A program made the translations under genes and the position numbers. Positions 10,545-20,147 of a DNA stretch of 64,000 bases are shown here, one piece after another. Within the stretch, counting starts at the first letter, position 1. Each line of letters opens with the position of its first letter. Source of the DNA: Longimicrobiales bacterium. GTDB taxonomy: Bacteria > Gemmatimonadota > Gemmatimonadetes > Longimicrobiales > Gaopeijiaceae. Below the pieces are notes generated by a model. The model had not been told where the DNA came from. It saw only the letters and a list, made by a program, of their open reading frames with translations, and searched no databases. The DNA is taken from assembly GCA_965226375.1 (NCBI GenBank), contig CBDDCX010000007.1, positions 576,001 to 640,000 of the forward strand, written 5' to 3'.

Positions 10545-13500
10545 CTACCAGCCGGGGGCGAGGACGAAGCCCCAGTGCGCGCCCTTGTCGGGCCGCTGGA
10601 ACGGGTAGGCGTAGTAGGACTCCAGAATCAGGAATCCGAAAATGTTGACCCGAGCACTCACGCCGGTCGAGAACACCGGCACCCTCTTCCCGCCGGAACG
10701 CACGAAGTCGAAGTCTACCTCGGAAATGTCCGTCCAAGCGAGTCCCGCGTCCGCGAAGAACACGAGCTCCGTGGGCAGGAAGGGGAAGTTCAAGAGTCCG
10801 AACTGTGGACTACCCAACACAGGTATCCGCATCTCCATGTTGGCCACGACTATCCGATGACCGAAGAGCCGGTCGGTGCCGGCGCAGCTTCCCTCAACGG
10901 CACCTGGCTCGAACGAGCTAATGGCACACTCCTCTGGCTCGAAGCTCTCCCAAGCGTAACCGCGAATCAGGTTCTGGAAGCCCAGGAAATACGGTTGAAT
11001 GATCGCCGTATTCCGGTTCGGATCGAGGTTGTTCCCGTAGCGTCCGAAGTGCAGACCCCGAGCGGCAAACGTGAGGTTTCTGTTCGGGCTCAGGTAGCGC
11101 CGGAAGTCGGCCACCAGCGACGTGTAGTTCAACGAGCCGAGAGTCTGGCCTATCTCTAAGCGGAACCGCCCACCGTCGATGGGCGAGGTGAATCCGCTGA
11201 GTGAGTTGTCACCCACGATGGCGATGTTGGCCGAAGCCAGATTGATCGCTTCTCGTGACGGCAGAGAGATTCGCTGTGCTGCTCCCACGCCTCCGAACGT
11301 GCCCAGATAGTAACGATCCTCCTCCAGGTCGAACGACCATCGCTGGACCCCGAAGTTCCCCTCCACTCGCCGGGTCGTCGAAAACGGGTAAGCCAGGAGC
11401 ATGCTGCTCTGCGTCAAGAATATCCGATTGCGGATGAGACCCATGTATGTATTGCCATCTTCGTCCGTGCCGAACGTCTGGTATCCCTGTAGGTAAGGGA
11501 TCCGCCCCATAGAGGCTCCCCAGTTCAGACGCCTCTCTTGATTGACGTAGAAAGCCTGACCCCCAATGTCCTTGTAGGTCCCGTTGGCTTGGATGGAGAG
11601 CCCGAGGGTACGATTTCCCAGCATGTCGCTGAAGAACGCTGAGGCACCGCCGCCCACGTAGTTCCCGAACCGATCGGTGCCCACTCCCAGGGCCGGTTGT
11701 CCCACGAAGTCCAGGTGGAGCGATGAGTCGTAGTCGACGGCGTTCTCGACCAGGTAGACGCCCGTGGGCTCGAGCCCGGTCTGCTTGTCAGAGAGGTAGC
11801 TTGCAACGCGACTCGATCGCGTGGGCAGGCCGGGGGGCAACAGTCGTCCCGGTTGCCGATCGGCGGACGCGGTTACGATCTCCCCGCCGGCATCGGCTTC
11901 ACCGGCTTGCAGGCTGTACACGTGGAACTCGAATGCGTCGAAGACCGTGAAGAGAATGGACCCCGCGTTTCGAGCCACGGATAGGGTCGGTGACATGCCC
12001 GTGATGCCACTCACCGCTGTGGACACACGTGTGATACGGCGAATGTCGGTCGTGTCGAACTCGTATTGGTAGATATCGCTGAAACCGTCCTGATCCGACA
12101 CGAAGTAGAGGCTCCGGCCGTCCGGCGCGTACTGCGGATTCATGTGCTTCACGTTGCCGAACATATCCAGCACTTCCACGTTGCCTGAGAGGACGTCCAG
12201 GAAAGCGATCTGGGGCCGGCTGTATTGAAGCGCCTCGAAATCGGTGACGCCGCCCCGGTCCGTTACGAACGCGATCGTGGTGCCGTCGGGAGACCAGGTC
12301 GGCTGGAAATCAGCGAACTTGTCATCCGTCAGCTGGGCGACGACACCGGTCTCGAGATCCAACCTGTAGATGTCGCTCACGCCGCCGGTCAGTCCCGAGA
12401 AGGCTATGTATTGTCCGTCAGGGGACCATGTGGGGCTGGAGATGGCTCCGACTTCATCGAGGTCGATGTTTCGCTCGATCTTGCCGCTGTTGACGTCGAC
12501 GATAGCTAGTTCGTTGTCGCCTTCGGCGAACACAGTGAACACGAACTGCTGGCCATCAGGGGACCAGTCCCCGGCGGAATCGATGAAGCGCAGGGCATCG
12601 AAGTGGGGATCCGCGTTGGCGCTCACGAGTTTTCGCCGGATCTCGCCGGTACGCGCGTCGGCGACGAACAGATCGATGCCGAAAAGATCCTTCTCCGAAA
12701 GAAACGCGACCAGGCGCCCGTCGGGGCTTACCGAGGGCGAGACATTCTGTTTGCCCGCACCCGTGGACGGAGCAAGGAGCAGCGCTCCGGATTCTCCGGG
12801 TGCCTGCCGCCCACCCATGAGTGGCAGGTATTCGTTCTCCACGGCCTCCCGCCACTCCACAGACAGGCTGTCCGAGGACGTGCCCAGGACCTGTTCCAGC
12901 GCCGGCTCCCACCCGACACGCAGGGACCGCCTATACAGATCCACCACCCTCTCGTCTCCATAGGTCCCGCCGACATAGGCCCACAGCGCCTGCCCGAAGC
13001 GGTAGGGGAAGAACCGTCGCTCCGTCGTCATCTGCGAAATGGTCGGAAGGTCGTCGCGTGCGATCGCGTCTCGAAGCCACATCGCCGTGAGCGGGTCTTC
13101 ACGGCCCACCGAGAGATATTCCGCCATGCCCTCGATCAGCCAGAGGGGCAGCAGCGACAGCCCCCTTATTCCGGCCCCGGACCGACCTTGGGCCACGTTA
13201 TACTGGAACGCGTGCACCAGTTCGTGGCCAAGAACGTGATCCGTGTCCGAATATGACCCGGTCAGGGGCATGATCACACGGTTCTTGAGCGACTCTGTGA
13301 CACCACCCGTGCCTTCGCTCAAGGTCCCTCTGAGCGTGTTGGTCTGCTGGAAGTCGGGGTGGTCCGCGTACAAAATGATCGGCTTCGGCTTCTCGAACTC
13401 GTGCTGGAACATGCGAGCGAAACGCTCATACCAGCGCTCTGCCATACGCGCAGCGTCCTCGACGGCCTCTCCCTCTTCGGGGTAGAAGTGGATGTCGAAG

Positions 13501-13670
13501 TGCGGCGTCTTGAGGATCTTAAAATCGAAGGTTTCGTACTGGACCTTGTTCCGCCCGAAGTACTGGGCCGAAGCGGGAATTGGGAGGATCAGAAGCGCCG
13601 ACCACGCAGCCAGGGCGGTGATCAGGCGTGTTCTGGACCCTGCGGCCCTGATTCGGTCGGAAGACTTCAT
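10545..13670 (-). CDS. Outer-membrane protein: gluzincin peptidase + TolB-like (PD40) propeller + BamA/Omp85 barrel
   Basis: HELVH...WLIEGMAEY; repeated PTWSPDG; IRGY loop and terminal aromatic residue. Confidence 0.85.
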   Translation of the reverse strand: MKSSDRIRAAGSRTRLITALAAWSALLILPIPASAQYFGRNKVQYETFDFKILKTPHFDIHFYPEEGEAVEDAARMAERWYERFARMFQHEFEKPKPIILYADHPDFQQTNTLRGTLSEGTGGVTESLKNRVIMPLTGSYSDTDHVLGHELVHAFQYNVAQGRSGAGIRGLSLLPLWLIEGMAEYLSVGREDPLTAMWLRDAIARDDLPTISQMTTERRFFPYRFGQALWAYVGGTYGDERVVDLYRRSLRVGWEPALEQVLGTSSDSLSVEWREAVENEYLPLMGGRQAPGESGALLLAPSTGAGKQNVSPSVSPDGRLVAFLSEKDLFGIDLFVADARTGEIRRKLVSANADPHFDALRFIDSAGDWSPDGQQFVFTVFAEGDNELAIVDVNSGKIERNIDLDEVGAISSPTWSPDGQYIAFSGLTGGVSDIYRLDLETGVVAQLTDDKFADFQPTWSPDGTTIAFVTDRGGVTDFEALQYSRPQIAFLDVLSGNVEVLDMFGNVKHMNPQYAPDGRSLYFVSDQDGFSDIYQYEFDTTDIRRITRVSTAVSGITGMSPTLSVARNAGSILFTVFDAFEFHVYSLQAGEADAGGEIVTASADRQPGRLLPPGLPTRSSRVASYLSDKQTGLEPTGVYLVENAVDYDSSLHLDFVGQPALGVGTDRFGNYVGGGASAFFSDMLGNRTLGLSIQANGTYKDIGGQAFYVNQERRLNWGASMGRIPYLQGYQTFGTDEDGNTYMGLIRNRIFLTQSSMLLAYPFSTTRRVEGNFGVQRWSFDLEEDRYYLGTFGGVGAAQRISLPSREAINLASANIAIVGDNSLSGFTSPIDGGRFRLEIGQTLGSLNYTSLVADFRRYLSPNRNLTFAARGLHFGRYGNNLDPNRNTAIIQPYFLGFQNLIRGYAWESFEPEECAISSFEPGAVEGSCAGTDRLFGHRIVVANMEMRIPVLGSPQFGLLNFPFLPTELVFFADAGLAWTDISEVDFDFVRSGGKRVPVFSTGVSARVNIFGFLILESYYAYPFQRPDKGAHWGFVLAPGW

Positions 13671-13928
13671 GTGCACCTCAATTCGTGACAGACCAACACA
13701 AGCCAGCGCTAAACGTACTGCCTGACAGTACAGTTTCTCAACTTCCGTTCCCGCGATCTCTATCCCTGCATGTCTCACTCCGGTCGCCCGAAGCGGACGC
13801 TTCACCTCGAAAGAACGCCCGAATCGGGTCGATCAGTTCCAGCTTCAGCCCTTTACTGCGCTCCCCCTCTTATGCAAGATTCCTGCCCAGGCAAGCGTAC
13901 TCCCATGCTCAACTCATACGGGACACCC

Positions 13929-15164
13929 ATGTCATCCTTTCGTTCCAACATTCTTGTGCTTGCTGTGATCTTGGTCTCCTGCACCCCGAGTGACCGCGTC
14001 GTTGCGGGAATCGGGGAACTCGAGGTACTGGATGCGCCTCCTGCAGAGGGCAGTGTCTGGCCCGGCCTGTCCACGCAAGGAGACAGGATCGTCCTGAGCT
14101 GGCAAGAATCTGACGAAGATGACAACTGGTTCGTTAAGACCGCGACGTTGGATGATGGGGGCTGGTCGGCCGCCCACACCGTCGCCCGGTCTAGGGACGA
14201 CGCCAAATTTTTCGTGAATTGGGCTGATTTTGCCGGGGTCTGGCCTGTCGGTGATGAAGATCTGGCGGCCCATTGGTTGGTGCGTGGGCCGAACGGCGGG
14301 TACGACTACGGCATCCGTGTCGCTCGCTCCTCCGACGGGGGCGAGACCTGGTCCGAGCCCTGGACTCCGCACGAAGATGGCACTACCACCGAGCACGGAT
14401 TCGTTTCCATGTTCCCACTCGCCGACGGCGGCACGGGAATGGTCTGGCTCGATGGCCGAGAAACGGCCGGCGGGGAACACAGTGAGGGCCCGCGCGGTGC
14501 CATGACCCTCCGCTACCGAGCGCTGGCCCAGGACGGTACCACGGGACCCGAGGTCCTGGTCGACGACCAGATCTGCGACTGCTGCCAGACCGACGGAGCG
14601 CTGACGGCGTCCGGACCCATCGTTGTCTACAGAGATCGAACGGACTCCGAGATCCGGGATATCTACGTGACGCGGCTCGTGGATGATCGTTGGACGCCCG
14701 GTGCGCCCGTGCACCAAGACGGGTGGCTCATTCCGGCGTGCCCGGTGAACGGACCGGCCGTCGCCGCGCGCGGCGAGGCTGTCGCGGTCTCCTGGTTTAC
14801 CGGAGCCGACGACGAACCCAAGGTTCAAATGGCGTTTTCCGAGGACGCTGGAGCTACCTTCGGAGATCCCGTATTGATCGACGACGGGAACCCTCTGGGG
14901 CGGGTGGACGTTGTGTTACTCGGAGACGGTTCGGCGCTGGTCGCTTGGCTGGAGCGCACTCCCGATGCGGGAGAAGTGAGAGTTCGCCGGGTATTTCCCG
15001 ATGGCCGGTCGGGCGCCGCCAGCCTCGTGACCACGACGTCCTCTGGGCGGGACAGCGGTTTTCCGCGGATGATCCAGGATGGGAGCGGCCGGATCGTGTT
15101 CGCCTGGACCGAGGCGGGTGAACCCGGCACTATACGGATGGCTAGGACAACCGAGGCACTGTAA
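13929..15164 (+). CDS. BNR/Asp-box (sialidase-like) lipoprotein
   Basis: Lipobox LVSC; SSDGGETW and SEDAGATF Asp-boxes; CDCCQT and CPVNGP. Confidence 0.75.
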   Translation: MSSFRSNILVLAVILVSCTPSDRVVAGIGELEVLDAPPAEGSVWPGLSTQGDRIVLSWQESDEDDNWFVKTATLDDGGWSAAHTVARSRDDAKFFVNWADFAGVWPVGDEDLAAHWLVRGPNGGYDYGIRVARSSDGGETWSEPWTPHEDGTTTEHGFVSMFPLADGGTGMVWLDGRETAGGEHSEGPRGAMTLRYRALAQDGTTGPEVLVDDQICDCCQTDGALTASGPIVVYRDRTDSEIRDIYVTRLVDDRWTPGAPVHQDGWLIPACPVNGPAVAARGEAVAVSWFTGADDEPKVQMAFSEDAGATFGDPVLIDDGNPLGRVDVVLLGDGSALVAWLERTPDAGEVRVRRVFPDGRSGAASLVTTTSSGRDSGFPRMIQDGSGRIVFAWTEAGEPGTIRMARTTEAL

Positions 15165-15683
15165 ATGAGCGTACTGTATCGAGGCGCAGGGCTGGCACTG
15201 CTGTTGTTCGTCGCAGCCTGCCTGGGTGTGGGTGCGGACTTGCGTCCGCCGCGGACGGGTGACGCGGCTCCGGACTTCGAGGTGATCGCGCTCAAGGGCG
15301 GACAAACGGTGTCGTTGGCCGACTATCATGGTGGCCCCGTCTTGGTCAACCTTTGGGCGACCTGGTGTGGACCGTGCCGCTTCGAGACCCCGTACTTGGA
15401 GTCCGTTTATGAGGAGTACCGGGACCGGGGACTCAAGATCGCCGGAGTGTCTGTGGATTCCCGGGCATCGATCGAGGCCGTGGAGGCCTTCCTGGCCGAT
15501 AACGGTGTCACCTACGATATCCTGCTCGATCCGGACATGACTTCCACCGACGTGTTCGCCGCGATCGGATTGCCGGCCTCGTTCCTCATCGATTCGGACG
15601 GGGTGATCATCTTCGATCGGTTCGGGCCGATTCTCGAGGGCGACCCGGACTTCCTGGCCGCTCTGGAGGATGCCCTCAACTGA
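15165..15683 (+). CDS. TlpA/ResA-like thiol-disulfide oxidoreductase
   Basis: NLWATWCGPC; GLP cis-Pro motif. Confidence 0.9.
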   Translation: MSVLYRGAGLALLLFVAACLGVGADLRPPRTGDAAPDFEVIALKGGQTVSLADYHGGPVLVNLWATWCGPCRFETPYLESVYEEYRDRGLKIAGVSVDSRASIEAVEAFLADNGVTYDILLDPDMTSTDVFAAIGLPASFLIDSDGVIIFDRFGPILEGDPDFLAALEDALN

Positions 15684-16839
15684 TAGGTTTTGGGCGATAC
15701 CTATGTCGGTTCACAGTTCGTTGGAAGCCGTCGAGACCCCGGCCGGGGTCGCCGATCTCGCCAAGGTCCGGGCCAACCTGGAACGCGTGGTCTCGTACTG
15801 TAGCGAACACGGTTTAGCCTGGCGTCCCCACATCAAGACCCATAAGTGCACTGGCATGGCCCGGCTGCAGCTCGAGGCCGGCGTCCAGGGTTTGACCGTC
15901 GCTACACCCCGAGAGGCCGAGGTCATGGCCACGGTGTGCGATGACCTTCTGTTGGCCTATCCCATGATGGGAGACTCGAAACTGGATCGGGTCATGGCCA
16001 TTTCTGAGGACGTCCGGCTCACGGTCGGGCTCGATTCGGAGGATGCCCTCTGTGCAGTGGCTTCGGCCGCACAGCGCGCGGACAGGTCGGTCAGAATTCT
16101 GGTCGAGGTCGATCTCGGCATGAGCCGAGTCGGGCTGGAAACTACGGAAGAGGTCGTGCGCCTCGCCGGGCGGATCAGTGACTTCGACGGGGTCGAGTAC
16201 GCGGGACTGATGTTTTATCCCGGCCACATTCGTGGACCTCAGGAGGGACAGGACGCGCAGCTCGAAGTCTTGGCTTCCGACCTTCGTGCGCTCTACGAGG
16301 CATTGGAGCAAGCCGGTCTGTCCCCGGAAGTGGTGAGTGGGGGCTCCACGCCGACGCTCTGGCGCAGCCATGAGTTGCCGGGCCTCACGGAGATCCGGAG
16401 CGGTACCGCCATCTTCTTCGATCGGGAGGGTCTCAACATCGGTGTGGCCGAATCCGAAGACATGGCCTACACGGTTCTGGCCACGGTCGTGAGCACGTCG
16501 ATCTCAGGACAGGCGGCCATCGACGCGGGGTCGAAGGCGCTGTCCAAGGAGGGCAGGGGTGGAGACGAGGGATTCGCCGTACTGCTCGATCATCCCGAAG
16601 TGGTGGTGAAGGGGGTCTCGGAGGAGCACGGCGTTCTCGATCTCAGCAAGAGCGATTGGCGGCCCCGGGTGGGAGAACTCGTACGCGTGCTCCCCAATCA
16701 CGTGTGCGTCTCGGTGAACCTTCAGGACGAACTGCTGGTCCTGGTCGATGGCGCGGTGGAGAGATGGCCGCTCGAGGCACGGGGCCGACGGCATTTCAGC
16801 GATCGCGGCCCCGCGGTGCCCGCGGAGCAGACGACTTGA
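15670..16839 (+). CDS. PLP-dependent D-threonine aldolase / D-serine dehydratase (DSD1-like) enzyme
   Basis: RPHIKTHK, DAGSKALS, SEEHG, PNHVC. Confidence 0.88.
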   Translation: MPSTDRFWAIPMSVHSSLEAVETPAGVADLAKVRANLERVVSYCSEHGLAWRPHIKTHKCTGMARLQLEAGVQGLTVATPREAEVMATVCDDLLLAYPMMGDSKLDRVMAISEDVRLTVGLDSEDALCAVASAAQRADRSVRILVEVDLGMSRVGLETTEEVVRLAGRISDFDGVEYAGLMFYPGHIRGPQEGQDAQLEVLASDLRALYEALEQAGLSPEVVSGGSTPTLWRSHELPGLTEIRSGTAIFFDREGLNIGVAESEDMAYTVLATVVSTSISGQAAIDAGSKALSKEGRGGDEGFAVLLDHPEVVVKGVSEEHGVLDLSKSDWRPRVGELVRVLPNHVCVSVNLQDELLVLVDGAVERWPLEARGRRHFSDRGPAVPAEQTT

Positions 16840-17825
16840 ACCGACTCGGCGTCGACCGAATATCCGAGCTGCTGGAGAGGGCCCGGGACGTCCGGGTCCT
16901 GGTGGTGGGTGACGTAATGCTGGATCGCTACATCTACGGTTCTGTTGGGCGTATCTCGCCCGAGGCTCCGGTTCCTGTGGTGCACGTCGAGGAGGATTCG
17001 TCGGCCGTGGGCGGTGCCGCGAACGTCGCCGCGAACGTGGTGGCCCTCGGCGCCGCGTGTGCGATCGTGGGTTGTGTGGGTGATGACGAGGCCGGTCGGG
17101 AGCTCGAGAGAGCGCTCTCGGAACTCGGTGTCGAGCTCGAGGGGCTCATTGCCACGGAGCGTCCCACCACCGTGAAGACACGGGTCATGGCGCGTCATCA
17201 GCAGGTCGTACGCGTGGATCGGGAACAGGTCGGTGATATCGACGAGGAGACTGCCGACCACTTGGCCGAGGCGGCGCGTACTCTGTCGAACTCCTGTTCG
17301 GCCGTGGCCCTGGAGGACTATAACAAGGGCGTTATGGTCCCATCGCTCATACACGCGGTGCTCGAGGCGGCCGTCGAGTCGAATATTCCAACCGTTGTCG
17401 ACCCCAAGCGCCGGCGTTTTTTCGACTATCCCGGCGTGACGGTCTTCAAGCCCAACGCCAAGGAGTTGGAGGATGCACTGGGCGAGCCCCTCCGGCCCGG
17501 GGACGGATCGTGGATGGAGTCGGTACGGGCACGGTTGGGGTGCGGCCATCTTCTGCTCACGCTGGGTGAGCAGGGCATGGCGCTCCATTCGGAGGGGGAC
17601 GAATCAGTGCTTCTGCCGACGGCGGCCCGCTCGGTGTATGATGTCTCCGGTGCGGGGGACACGGTCACGGCGGTGTTGGCTGTCTGCCTGGCGGCGGGTG
17701 GGTCGGTGGTGGAGGCGGCTATTCTGGCCAATCATGCGGCGGCTCTGGGGGTGGCGAAAGCAGGTGTTGCTACGGTGACGCCGTCTGAGATCCTCGCCCA
17801 TGCCGAGGAGATCTTCGGCGAATGA
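16836..17825 (+). CDS. rfaE1: D-glycero-beta-D-manno-heptose-7-phosphate kinase (RfaE/HldE kinase domain)
   Basis: GDVMLDRY...RISPEAPVPV, GGAANVA, DVSGAGDT; TTG start overlaps the upstream TGA. Confidence 0.9.
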   Translation: MNRLGVDRISELLERARDVRVLVVGDVMLDRYIYGSVGRISPEAPVPVVHVEEDSSAVGGAANVAANVVALGAACAIVGCVGDDEAGRELERALSELGVELEGLIATERPTTVKTRVMARHQQVVRVDREQVGDIDEETADHLAEAARTLSNSCSAVALEDYNKGVMVPSLIHAVLEAAVESNIPTVVDPKRRRFFDYPGVTVFKPNAKELEDALGEPLRPGDGSWMESVRARLGCGHLLLTLGEQGMALHSEGDESVLLPTAARSVYDVSGAGDTVTAVLAVCLAAGGSVVEAAILANHAAALGVAKAGVATVTPSEILAHAEEIFGE

Positions 17826-17898
17826 ACCGGACGGCAATATCGCGTGCGGAACGAGCCCGTGAACTATATATAACACAACATGTTACGGAGTATTATCG

Positions 17899-18285
17899 AT
17901 GAGTGACTTGAAGATGATCCATACCCCCGACGCCCCGGGAGCCATCGGCCCGTACTCGCAAGGTGTGGTGGTGGACGATTGGGTATTCGTCTCGGGACAG
18001 ATTCCCATGGACCCGACCACGGGCGAACTGATCGGCGGAGACGTTGCCGCACAGACCCATCGGGTCATGCAGAGTCTCTCGGCCATCCTCCAGGAGGCGG
18101 GAAGCTCACTGGACCGAGTGGTGAAGACCACGGTCTATCTTTCCGACATGGGCAACTTTGCCGAGATGAACGCCGTCTACGCCGAACATTTTGGCGATCA
18201 CCGGCCCGCCAGGGCGACCGTGCAGGCCGCGGGCCTTCCGAAGGCGGTGGACGTGGAGATCGACGTAGTCGCCAAGACGAGCTGA
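17899..18285 (+). CDS. ridA: RidA/YjgF enamine-imine deaminase
   Basis: AIGPYSQ, SGQIP, PARATV, LPK..VEI. Confidence 0.92.
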   Translation: MSDLKMIHTPDAPGAIGPYSQGVVVDDWVFVSGQIPMDPTTGELIGGDVAAQTHRVMQSLSAILQEAGSSLDRVVKTTVYLSDMGNFAEMNAVYAEHFGDHRPARATVQAAGLPKAVDVEIDVVAKTS

Positions 18286-18297
18286 ACCCTACGTGAC

Positions 18298-18666
18298 ATG
18301 ATGGTTCAGGAGAGAACGAAGAATGCGCGCCGACGTTGGTCCAGGACCGTCCTCGCGGCCCTTGTGGTGGCGACCTCGGCGTGCTCCGGGTTCGGAGGTG
18401 GTGACCCGTTCACCGGTACCACAAAAGCCCAGATCGTGATCGAGGTCGACAACCGGAACTTCAATCAGGCCACGGTCTGGATGCTCTCCGGCTCCGGTGA
18501 GCGGCGTCTAGGTGTGGTCAACGGCAAGATCCAGAAGACATTCACGATCCGGTGGCCACGCTCGGACGACCTGCGGTTGAGGGTTCGCGTACTGGGCGGA
18601 CGAGGCTTTACCACCGCGCGGCAGTTGGTCTTTCCGGGGGACCACGTGGAGCTGCGGATTACCTGA
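18298..18666 (+). CDS. Hypothetical lipoprotein
   Basis: Lipobox TSAC; coding-like codon usage. Confidence 0.65.
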   Translation: MMVQERTKNARRRWSRTVLAALVVATSACSGFGGGDPFTGTTKAQIVIEVDNRNFNQATVWMLSGSGERRLGVVNGKIQKTFTIRWPRSDDLRLRVRVLGGRGFTTARQLVFPGDHVELRIT

Positions 18667-18800
18667 CGCTCACGTTCGCTGTCGGTTGAGGTTAGACGAT
18701 GGATCCCGACCGCGTGGCATCGCACTTCCCGAAGGACTTGCTGACTGGCACTGCGGCCCTATGATGGGCCTCCGACTGTACCTCCACTTCGGTGGATCGA

Positions 18801-18897
18801 GGGGGCGGAGGGGGTCTGGTGGCCCCACTGGTCTTCAAAACCAGCTCGCCCGGCTAAACCCCGGGCTGGTGGGTTCGATTCCCACACGTTCCCGCCA
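18801..18897 (+). tRNA. selC: tRNA-Sec (anticodon UCA)
   Basis: 8-nt acceptor strand; 6-bp D stem GGGGTC/GGCCCC with 4-nt loop; CTGGT-CTTCAAA-ACCAG anticodon arm; long variable arm; GTGGG-TTCGATT-CCCAC; G discriminator + CCA. Confidence 0.93.
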
Positions 18898-18928
18898 TAT
18901 GTGACGTTGCTTATACAGCAACGACTTT

Positions 18929-18975
18929 GGGGCTTCGGCGGCTCTTCATGGGCCATGCCGGAGCCCCTTCTTACT
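18929..18975 (+). terminator. GC-rich hairpin downstream of selC
   Basis: GGGGCTTCGGC...GCCGGAGCCCC followed by TTCTTACT. Confidence 0.45.
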
Positions 18976-19037
18976 TCTGGGTCTGGGCCAGGATTGTGCT
19001 GGGATTGTGCCATAGTGGTCTATTTCCGGGCAATCTT

Positions 19038-19135
19038 CTAGAGTGGCAGCACCCGTCTCTCGGTGTCCAGTTCGCCGTGCAGCCTAGCCAGCTTGCCGAC
19101 GCCCTCCTCTAAGACCTCATGGTCGGCGATGGCGT
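19038..19135 (-). pseudogene. C-terminal remnant of a tyrosine integrase
   Basis: AIADHEVLEEGVGKLARLH resembles the helix after the catalytic Tyr; converges on selC. Confidence 0.5.
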
Positions 19136-20016
19136 GGGCTGTGGCGGGTTGGGAGAGGTCTGGCGAGCATCGCGGGGGCGTCTCGTCTGCCCACACTGTC
19201 GAAGGCAGACCTCGGTGCTGGCGGGAACCGTGTTCCACCGCACGCGCTCGCCCCTGCGTCTGTGGTTTCTCGCTGCCTGGGAGCTCACGAGCCAGAAATA
19301 CGGAGCCAATGCTCTCGGGCTCCAGCGCGTGCTCGGACTGGGAAGCTACAAGACAGCGTGGGTCTGGCTCCACAAGCTCCGCCGGGCCATGGTCCGACCG
19401 GATCGCGACCAGCTGAGCGGCGTTGTGCAAGTGGACGAGAGCTATGTCGGGGGCGTGGAGGCTGGAGTGCGGGGCCGCGAGACGATCAAGAAGGCCATCG
19501 TCGCGATCGCCGCCGAGGTCGACGGACGCAAGATCGGGAGAATACGGCTGCGTTGGGTGCCCGACCTCTCCGCTCCGGTTCTGCGAGGCTTCGTCAAGGA
19601 TAGCATCGCACCGGCAAGCACGGTGCATACCGACGGATGGCCAAGCTATCAGGGACTCGCCAAACTGGGCTTTCGCCACACGGTCACGAACCTCTCGACC
19701 TCCGGCGATCCCGCTCACGTGCTCATGTCGGCCGTACATCGGGTGGCGTCTCTCCTCAAGCGCTGGGTCCTCGGAACCCTCCAAGGAGGGATCGCCCGCG
19801 AACACCTCCCCTACTATCTGGACGAGTTCACCTTTCGCTTCAACCGACGCACATCCCGGGCTCGCGGCCTGTTGTTCTACCGCTTGCTTGAGCAGGCTGT
19901 TCAGTGTGCTCCCACGCCAGCTTCGGCCCTTTACCTCGGCACCGGACGTGGGAAACGGCCCGCAGAGCCCCGGTAACCACTATATCTTGGGGTCGGTGGA
20001 CTTAAGGGAATACCCC
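19136..20016 (+). mobile_element. IS1595-family element with 5' end deleted (transposase to 19976)
   Basis: CxxC zinc ribbon partly lost; VDESYVGG, HTDGW, YLDEFTFRFNRR; right end GGACTTAAGGGAATACCCC. Confidence 0.88.
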
Positions 20017-20147
20017 CTTAGACCCAATCCCCCTCGGGACTCCAGCTTTCGCAGCATTGAGCCGATATCTTGGGGTCGGTGGACTTAAGGGAATACCCCC
20101 TTAGACCCAATCCCCCTCGGGACTCCAGCTTTCGCAGCATTGAGCCG
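19982..20147. repeat. Exact 83-bp tandem duplication spanning the IS1595 end / kinase junction
   Basis: 19982-20064 is repeated at 20065-20147. Confidence 0.9.

Noticed and set aside
15165..15683. Selenoprotein near selC
   Set aside because: The thioredoxin motif is CxxC; no in-frame TGA with a SECIS-like hairpin was seen
18801..18897. G-A mismatch at the base of the tRNA-Sec acceptor stem as a sign of damage by integration
   Set aside because: All other tRNA-Sec features are intact; one mismatch is not enough evidence
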